A stretch of 64,000 nucleotides of DNA, from contig CP067995.1 of NCBI GenBank assembly GCA_045159875.1, positions 1,792,001 to 1,856,000 of the forward strand. The letters are read 5' to 3'. The notes under the pieces are model-generated. The model was not told the origin of the DNA, ran no database searches, and worked only from the letters and a program-made list of their open reading frames with translations. Numbering within the stretch: the first letter of the stretch is position 1; every line of letters begins with the position of its first letter. This DNA comes from a cyanobacterium endosymbiont of Rhopalodia gibba. Its GTDB lineage: Bacteria; Cyanobacteriota; Cyanobacteriia; Cyanobacteriales; Microcystaceae. A program made the translations under genes and the position numbers. Positions 57,060 through 64,000 of the stretch are shown here, one piece after another.

Positions 57060-58550
57060 ATGACAAATCCATCAAAAAAAACTCAATCTTTACTCAAAAA
57101 ACTAAACTTGTTTGATTGGATCGCCTTAGGGGGTATTGTTATTCTCAGTTTGGCACTGGGAGTAGTGTTAGTGAGAGGAGAACAAATTCCCTTGCGGGTC
57201 AGTTATTTTAGTTGGAACGGAAAAAAAATTGGGTTACAGGATAAAGCTTTTAGAATAACTTTTAACCGTCCTGTAGATAAGTATAGTGTTGAAAAATATC
57301 TATCTATTGACCCTCCCCTTCCTGGGAAAATTAGCTGGCAAGGACGCCAATTAATTTATACATTAGAAGATCCCCCAATTTACGGGACAAATTATCAAAT
57401 TAAATTGCAAAATGCTCACAGAATTTATGATCGAGAACCGATTGAACCATTTGTCAGTTTATTTAGTACTCGTGATCGTACCTTTGCCTATATTGGCGTT
57501 ACGGCAGAAGAACGGGGGCGGCTAATTCTCTATAATATTACTGATACTAATCAACCGAAAAAAACAATCCTAACCCCTCTCGATCTAATCGTCACAAATT
57601 TTAGAATTTATCCCAATGGCAATAAAATTCTGTTTAGTGCTTATGAACCTAGTCTCAGTGGTAAAACATTGGTCAACCAGCAATTATACACGGTCACCAC
57701 GGGTTTACAAGTTTCTCCTAATAGTGTTGAAATGCCACGGGCTGGAAGACTAAAACGCATCCTTGACACAAAAGACTATCAAAATTTGAGTTTTGATCTA
57801 TCGCGCAATGGTCAAAGTATTGTCATTTGGCGAATTAATCATAAAAATCCAGATGATTCCGGGTTATGGACAGTTTCTGAAGGGCAAAATCCCAGACCAT
57901 TGGGAGTTCCTGGAGGAGATTTTGTTATTTCCCCTGATGGTAAGCGTGTGGTTATCTCTCAACGAGGTGGGGTGGGAATAATTCCTTTAACTTCTGATGG
58001 GGGATCGTCAGAGTTCTTAACAGGGTATGAAAAAAGTCTAGGATTTTCTGCCGATGGGAAGCAGATGCTTCTTGTTAGAGATAATCGGGATTATACACGA
58101 TCACTGATACTTATCAATCGAAACAAAAAAGAGCAAGAGTTATTCCGTACCCTTTATCCAATTATTGACTGCGAGTTTGAACCTAGGGAAGAAAAATTAC
58201 TTTATTGTCTTAAAACTGACTTAGTTGAGGATAAAAAAGGTAAATATCGTGAAGAACCTTTTCTTTCAGTAATTGATATGGAAAAGACAGTAGATTTTCC
58301 CCTACTTGCTTTACCCAACTATCGGGATGTCCAACTAAGCATGTCCCCTGATGGAGTCGCTTTATTATTTGATCAAGTAGCGACAATGGTTCCCAAGTCA
58401 ACCAATGATTTAATTACCTCAGAACAACAGGCGATCGTTGATGGACAAGTGTGGTTACTTCCCCTGCCTGAGTTAAAAGAATCAGACAAAACTCTTAAAA
58501 TCAAACCAGAAGAACTAGAAATTGGGTTTAAACCACAATGGTTGCCTTAA
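57060..58550 (+). CDS. Membrane-anchored protein with Ig-like domain and TolB-like beta-propeller
   Basis: N-terminal TM helix, TFNRPVD..PPLPGKISW..YGTNY (Big_5-like), repeated SPDG/SADG blades, ends PQWLP. Confidence 0.8.
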   Translation: MTNPSKKTQSLLKKLNLFDWIALGGIVILSLALGVVLVRGEQIPLRVSYFSWNGKKIGLQDKAFRITFNRPVDKYSVEKYLSIDPPLPGKISWQGRQLIYTLEDPPIYGTNYQIKLQNAHRIYDREPIEPFVSLFSTRDRTFAYIGVTAEERGRLILYNITDTNQPKKTILTPLDLIVTNFRIYPNGNKILFSAYEPSLSGKTLVNQQLYTVTTGLQVSPNSVEMPRAGRLKRILDTKDYQNLSFDLSRNGQSIVIWRINHKNPDDSGLWTVSEGQNPRPLGVPGGDFVISPDGKRVVISQRGGVGIIPLTSDGGSSEFLTGYEKSLGFSADGKQMLLVRDNRDYTRSLILINRNKKEQELFRTLYPIIDCEFEPREEKLLYCLKTDLVEDKKGKYREEPFLSVIDMEKTVDFPLLALPNYRDVQLSMSPDGVALLFDQVATMVPKSTNDLITSEQQAIVDGQVWLLPLPELKESDKTLKIKPEELEIGFKPQWLP

Positions 58551-58710
58551 GGTTTTATTTATGAGTTATCCGTTTACTTTGTTAATGTTTGTAACAAAAT
58601 CTTTCAAAAAATACCTCTAGTTTCCTCTCCAAAGATGATAAGCTCAGTCCAGGATGGGATAATAACACACTAAAGTGAGTGAACGTTAGTTAACAAAGAG
58701 TTCATTTCCC

Positions 58711-58798
58711 CTATCCATATCGGAATTCCAAGTTGTTGTTGCTTTAATAATTGCTTTGGTTCCTAACTTTTTGCCTAGCTACGGAACTTTATAAGTAG
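58711..58798 (+). pseudogene. psaM: Photosystem I subunit XII (PsaM) pseudogene
   Basis: SISEFQVVVALIIALVPNFL [frameshift] LATELYK*; no ATG at the start (CTA). Matches the PsaM pattern MSISDTQ..ALVVALIP..LA.RLATELYK. Confidence 0.87.
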
Positions 58799-58980
58799 GA
58801 TGTTCGTTTTATAATAAAATAGTCAGCTGCTCATCTTGATAGTTAAATTTAAGAATAATTCTTCTTTATTCTGATCCGTTGAAAAACCGTGTAAGCAGTA
58901 TACAAAATCAATTTTCAGCATATTTGTTGACCGATTAATGTCCAGAGTTTTTTATTGATGATTTTTCATCACACAGTTTA

Positions 58981-59361
58981 ATGCTTATGGCTGCACCTCA
59001 GATTTTAGAAACTCGTCGAAGTCCCAATTTCTCTTCTGTCCGCCGACGTCGTCACAAACCTGATCAGAAAGAAATTCATCTTCAGGGTCAATGGATGACT
59101 ACCGAAATTAAAGTTAAACTGATCGTTAATGGAACTTTGTCAGTTATTGCCGCTTTTACCTTGCTAAAGCTGCTTCCTTATCAGTTTTTACAACAGGAAA
59201 AATTGAAGGAAGTTCAAACTCAAGTCCAAGAAACAGAAAGACGGGTGGGGGAGTTGAGAAAAGATTTTAGCCGTAGTTTCGATCCACATCAAGTTAAACA
59301 AGTTATGCAAGAAAATAGTCCCTTAATTGACCCTAACAAACGGCAAATTTATTGGAAATAA
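58981..59361 (+). CDS. Slr1601-like putative cell division protein (TM + coiled coil)
   Basis: E..VKLIVNG.LS..A..TL.KLLPYQ..QQEKL.E, FSRSFDP..MQE; follows psaM. Confidence 0.75.
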   Translation: MLMAAPQILETRRSPNFSSVRRRRHKPDQKEIHLQGQWMTTEIKVKLIVNGTLSVIAAFTLLKLLPYQFLQQEKLKEVQTQVQETERRVGELRKDFSRSFDPHQVKQVMQENSPLIDPNKRQIYWK

Positions 59362-59409
59362 TCTTTTTATTATTCTTAGACAAGAATCGAGATATTACGC
59401 AGAAAAGTT

Positions 59410-60900
59410 TAATTTAGTCTAGTTTGTGCAGGTAATTGTTTTTTGACAATTTTTTCCATGGGCTGTCTTTAATTTCTTGATATGTGTTCTAAACAATAAT
59501 TGCTAAATGAGGATAAATTTATTAATCTTCAATCCCTCTCAAACAATATTCAACTTCGGTAATTCTTTTCTTAGACAAAGTTAAATTTAACTATCCTCGC
59601 ATGGTATAAATTTCAGGATGTTATTCTTTAAAAATACCCTAGATACTAATTTTAGACACTTTGAGCCCAAAACTATTGAAGTAAACTCCGTTAAAAAGCT
59701 CAATAAAGTGACCATCTGAACCATCGCTAATATTTTTCTATCCAATAGGATAAAGCTCTCCACCCCTTAGCAGGTGGCAAATTTTGATATAAGTTAAGAC
59801 TAAAGTATAGCCTTTTAATCTTCCAAACCTAGAATAAGCCTAGGCTTATTTACTACTCAATAATACTATTGGTCGTCTTGATAGTCTTGACTTGACCGCC
59901 ATAGTATTTCTAATGTCACAGGTTTCTGTTTCGAGGGTAGTATGGTCTTATTTGAATCTCGGGTATTTTCCTACCGATTCTTTAACTTTTTAGCTATATA
60001 ACATTGCTTGATGTAAAAATAGTTAGTTTTTATTAAAGAGTTAGAATAAACAAACTCCGATAAATTTTAACCTCCATTTCAAGTAATTCCATCTGGGGCT
60101 TATACTGTCAACATTGTCAACTGTCGGAGGTTTCAATCGCTTTCTATTTAAACTGACAGATCCTATTTTCTGTCTCTACCAAGAGGGATTGATAATAGAA
60201 GTGTAATTGATGGAAAGTTGATTTTACCCGGGTATTATTGCAAATATGATAGTTTTTTACAGACTTAGACCTAAGAACATAGGTTGCCAGTCCATTCCAG
60301 ATGAATAAAGGTTTGCCTCTCCACTAGTTTGGGTTGTCATTGCGAGATTGGGTTAGTCGGATATTTCGAGGATCGCCGAAAGCGAACCTCGAGTGATCAT
60401 TAAATCAATTGGTTAGGTAGCTAGTTATGGAGACTCAATTAAAGCAATTTTGTCTGTCTTAGGATCTTTAACGATAATAGTTATAATATCCTACTTTTTG
60501 TTCGGAAGCAATTGCTTAATAAAGACAATAATCATAAATCAGTATTCGTGGCAATGCTAGGAATATCCGGTTTGGTTTCTGTTCCTTGGGATTTAATCTG
60601 GTTTAAAGTATATGAAGTTTAGTTTTGAGGTTTAGCTTGTCCGAGTCTAGTCAATTATAAAATTATAAGGTATAGTTCAGCATTAAAATCTAGGAGAGGA
60701 TTTAGATAAAAAGGTGATAGTGTCTTCTGTAGTGCTTGTCTGGATACTTTGTGGCGTTGTTACATAATACACTTTAACTTTAAAAGTGGAAGAAAAGTTG
60801 GTAAAAAATAAACAATTAACATTCTCTCCGGTTGCTTATTGTTGGGAGGTACAATTATTGAGTAATCAAATAACCAGCAAAAAGATTAATAATAATTAAA
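59410..60900 (-). pseudogene. Decayed gene, probably a lipoprotein; family uncertain
   Basis: GC above background; lipobox-like LLIFLLVI*LLNNC near 60880; C-terminal ALSYWIEKY and LRGIED fragments. Confidence 0.35.
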
Positions 60901-61802
60901 TCATCGTAATACTTACGAGTCAATTATGATAGAGTTTTTTTATAAAAATTGGCAATTATTTTAACTAATAGCTCTCCCAAGTTTAGGCTGATAAGTTAAT
61001 AGAAAAAATAACAGTTTAATAAAACTGTCTTTCTAGGATTATTAAATTTACTTAAGTCATAAGCTTATCTTTCAATGAATTGAATTTCTTAATTAATTTT
61101 TTATACTATTATTAATGGGTTTAATCGTAAAAATTTACTCACTATATTATTAATCAATCTAAGTCAATAGATTTAAACAAGTGCAAAGTAAAGTAGTTGC
61201 AGAAGAGTAAGTACTAAGTAGATTAAAATAATCTAGATTTAACTTTAGTCATTTAAATATAGCAATCAAGAATGATTTACGTTTTAAATATTATTTCTAG
61301 CTACTTATTTACCTATAAAACCGAAATTTTTAGAAATGTTGACCCAAATGATATTTCTTTAATGAAAGATAATAAAAATAGCTCCTTTACTATTACTAAG
61401 TCTAATAATAGTAGAAAATATCTAAATCTTTTTTAGACATGAGTAAAAATTAATCACAATGACTAAATAACCATATATTTTAGTGGAATATTTCAAGGAT
61501 AAAAGTCTTGTCCAAAGAATTATTGGAACTCATCTTAAGAGAAGACATTATCTCACAAACCTCATTACATATACTAAGTGACCTACACTTCAGTAAAGTA
61601 AATTGATTTCAATAAATTTCTAGAAAATTTTATTAAAAAATATCAGGTTGTGAATTAATTTATGTTGAATTTATTACCGAAATATCTCGAACGAGACAAC
61701 CGCCTTAAATTTTGTCATTTAACCCAACCTACAAAGTTATCACGAATCATAGACTATAAATAGCCTCAAGTATCAATTTTGTGGCTTAATTGAAACTATC
61801 AA

Positions 61803-61873
61803 AGCGGGTGAGGGGAATCGAACCCCTATCATTAGCTTGGAAGGCTAAGGTTTTACCACTAAACTACACCCGC
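61803..61873 (-). tRNA. trnG: tRNA-Gly(TCC)
   Basis: Reverse complement GCGGGTGTAGTTTAGTGGTAAAACCTTAGCCTTCCAAGCTAATGATAGGGGTTCGATTCCCCTCACCCGCT. Confidence 0.97.
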
Positions 61874-61908
61874 GAACTAGTTGCAAGCTCATGCAGCCTA
61901 TCTGAGTA

Positions 61909-61938
61909 AAATTAACATAGATCTTAAACACTTGTCAA
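61909..61938 (-). promoter_or_regulatory. Putative promoter of tRNA-Gly, overlapping the hairpin after ndhN
   Basis: Minus strand TTGACA-N18-TAATTT. Confidence 0.35.
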
Positions 61939-61983
61939 GGTCTTGGTTAGAACTTTTCCAGACCTTGAAGAACAAGTCCCTGA

Positions 61984-62490
61984 CTAAGTCGCTTTAATGG
62001 CATCTGACAAGGTTGTCCAACGAAAATAGCGTTCCCCCCCCATTTCCACAATAACCTTAATCCGAGGTTCAATAACGGGCAAACTAGCGAGATATTCTAA
62101 TTCAGTTTTGGATAGAATATGTCCCTCTAAAATCCATAATATCAATCCCTTAGACTTAGCTGGTAAGTTTTCTAGTTGGTACGCGGCAATGGGAGGAACA
62201 AAATATATAGGGCCAACAGCCGCATCTTGTCCAATATTCTTTTTACCCAAATGAGGAGGGCGAACTCCATGAATGCCCATCAAATAGGCACTAACATCGC
62301 CAAGTCCCTTAGCTGTCAAAGAAAAGCTATTATAGCCATTGGCTCGTAAACGTCGTTGATAACGCCCTTCAAAGCCCCCCTCTAGGGGGGCGTATACTGC
62401 TAACGCGCTTGATTTTTCCAAAGCGCGAACTAATCCTTTTCCAGTCTCTAAAGCGCGTAGCAATCCTTTTCCGATGGTTAGCAGTGCCAT
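61984..62490 (-). CDS. ndhN: NAD(P)H-quinone oxidoreductase (NDH-1) subunit N
   Basis: ALAVYAPLEGGFEGRYQRRLR..GY, TAKGLGD..AYL..HGVRPPHLGK, EMGGER.FRW. Confidence 0.96.
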   Translation of the reverse strand: MALLTIGKGLLRALETGKGLVRALEKSSALAVYAPLEGGFEGRYQRRLRANGYNSFSLTAKGLGDVSAYLMGIHGVRPPHLGKKNIGQDAAVGPIYFVPPIAAYQLENLPAKSKGLILWILEGHILSKTELEYLASLPVIEPRIKVIVEMGGERYFRWTTLSDAIKAT

Positions 62491-63200
62491 TGCAGTATTG
62501 CAGTCCTAAAAAAATTCTTTTATTGATTATAAGGGAATCCTTCCCCTTAAGAGAAAGATTTAAACCTTAACTTTAAAGTTAAGGAAGTTTTACTAAAAAT
62601 ATTCATAACCACTCGTCCCAATATATCCTAATCTTTTAGACAATTTGAGCACGCTTGTTGTCCCAATTCTTCTCGTTGCTGACGACTATGAAAGTGAATT
62701 CCTCCTGGGAAAAGGAAATAAAACGTACAGACCCTACTTTGAGAACCGATTATGTAAGTGGTCCTTGGAGGAGCAACACTTGGCTCACTTGAGCAAATAC
62801 TGCTTGAAAGTTGAAATAGCTAATAGTGTTAAACACTACACCACACTGATTATCAGCGGATTAAAAAAATTCCGTATTTCCCTGACAATAAGTTAAACAA
62901 GGATGATATTGATTATTTTGGTGGACTTATTCTAAAAATGTATATGGGAGATAAGTCCCGGCTGAATCCTTTTAGAGCAGAAAATTGTTCTGTCAGACGA
63001 CCAAAAGGTAGATCTATTTCACAACCAAAATCAAGAATTTGAGAAGAATGGGAAGGTTTACATAAAAAGATAACCGTTGATAGATTGTCTAATAAAAAAT
63101 CATTGTCAATAAACAATCAAAACTGGGGACTCAACAATAAAAAAAAGCTTTTTATTAGTCAATATGTTCGTTTTTATGGGGTTCTTAAGAACATTGACCA

Positions 63201-63824
63201 CTAATTATTAAGCTCAGTCATTTCAATTACTCTTTCTTCAATATCTTTGACTAAAAAATTAAGAGGTTGATTACGACGGATTTTGTACTTTAAGCGTCTT
63301 GATTGAACTCGCATTAAAATGTCTTCTAAACATTCATGGTCAAAACAAACATGGCGTTGACGATTCTTGTGTCCATAACTAGCCCCGGCAATAATATGCA
63401 ACTGAGCATTTCTTTTTAATTGATACCAAAGTCCCTCAGAATTTCTGAAAGCTGCTGTTGTTGGATTAGGAGTAGTATATACATACAAAGAATCAAATGC
63501 TTCTGTCCCTAAAGTCCGTTCGTAATTGTAATAGTAATGCAAGGGAACTTCCGCCACAGGTAATTCTAGCAAGCCCTGATAAAATTGTCGGGCTATTTCC
63601 AAATCACAAACCATAATAGTATAAACCTTGGGTGCGCTGGTGAGAAACATCCACATTGCTAAACCATAGGATGCTAGTAGCATTACCATAATGCCTTGGG
63701 TTGAAAAAAGACTATCAATGGGCAAAAACATCCCTAAATAATGGTGGTGTAGAGAAAAATTGGTCTCAAGATCCATAGAATATAATTGATATAGATATAT
63801 CAGATTTTTGTCTTGATTAAGCAA
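63201..63824 (-). CDS. Glyoxalase/VOC-like cyanobacterial conserved protein
   Basis: MWMFLTSAPKV.TIMV.DLEIAR.FY.GLL.L, GLWYQLK, RHVCFD. Start uncertain. Confidence 0.8.
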   Translation of the reverse strand: MLNQDKNLIYLYQLYSMDLETNFSLHHHYLGMFLPIDSLFSTQGIMVMLLASYGLAMWMFLTSAPKVYTIMVCDLEIARQFYQGLLELPVAEVPLHYYYNYERTLGTEAFDSLYVYTTPNPTTAAFRNSEGLWYQLKRNAQLHIIAGASYGHKNRQRHVCFDHECLEDILMRVQSRRLKYKIRRNQPLNFLVKDIEERVIEMTELNN

Positions 63825-64000
63825 CTGAAAAAAGAGCTAAATATCAAGAATGATAACTTAATGTTATCTATCCAACTATAACAATACTCTTCATTCGTTG
63901 AGTTAAGCTTTGTGAGTGAGTGATAGCTAGCAGATATATATTTTATCTTTCTCATGAGGTTTAAAAAATCTGAAAAAGTAGGGAAAAACAAACTAAAAAA

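Noticed and set aside
1391..58401. Short antisense or overlapping ORFs (1391, 5144, 7644, 8347, 12781, 20721, 24332, 24562, 26151, 30931, 33836, 35994, 40243, 40987, 45153, 45500, 47077, 48547, 52942, 57793, 58210)
   Set aside because: Shadow frames of real genes or pseudogenes, with no motifs of their own.
54329..61802. Genomic island between the two tRNAs
   Set aside because: No integrase or duplicated tRNA 3' end seen; contents are core cyanobacterial genes.
62645..63116. 83-aa (+) and 67-aa (-) ORFs upstream of ndhN, considered as ldpA
   Set aside because: No 4Fe-4S CxxCxxC motifs; likely fragments of an unidentified pseudogene.

Overview
AT-rich, gene-poor cyanobacterial DNA with Cyanothece/Crocosphaera-like proteins and residual HIP1 GCGATCGC sites. 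About 25 intact protein genes (priA, rluD-type, cyclophilin, ppk1, murF, dusB, tolC, ClC, nadK, wecB, lptA/B/F-G, hpnA, yebC, proA, speE, cbiG-cobJ, thrC, ndhN and others) and two tRNAs sit between long decayed spacers. By manual translation the spacers hold at least 11 recognisable pseudogenes or fossils that the ORF track misses or fragments: a GT4 glycosyltransferase, the SSA dehydrogenase + 2-oxoglutarate decarboxylase TCA-bypass pair, ycf4, ggt, agcS, an alpha/beta hydrolase, an IS630 fossil, a holin-like protein, a PEP-utiliser domain and psaM. Broken photosystem I genes alongside retained NDH-1, envelope and cofactor genes suggest a reduced, non-photosynthetic endosymbiont such as a rhopalodiacean diatom spheroid body (inference). 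Unexplained structure: a 6x24-bp two-variant tandem array ahead of an orphan small membrane ORF, many long sequence-unrelated palindromes, recurrent short tandem duplications (including a 10-aa duplication in NdhN) and a 58-bp diverged copy of a ClC gene segment. I see no convincing new multi-gene system, CRISPR array or intact mobile element. All calls are by eye; no searches were run.
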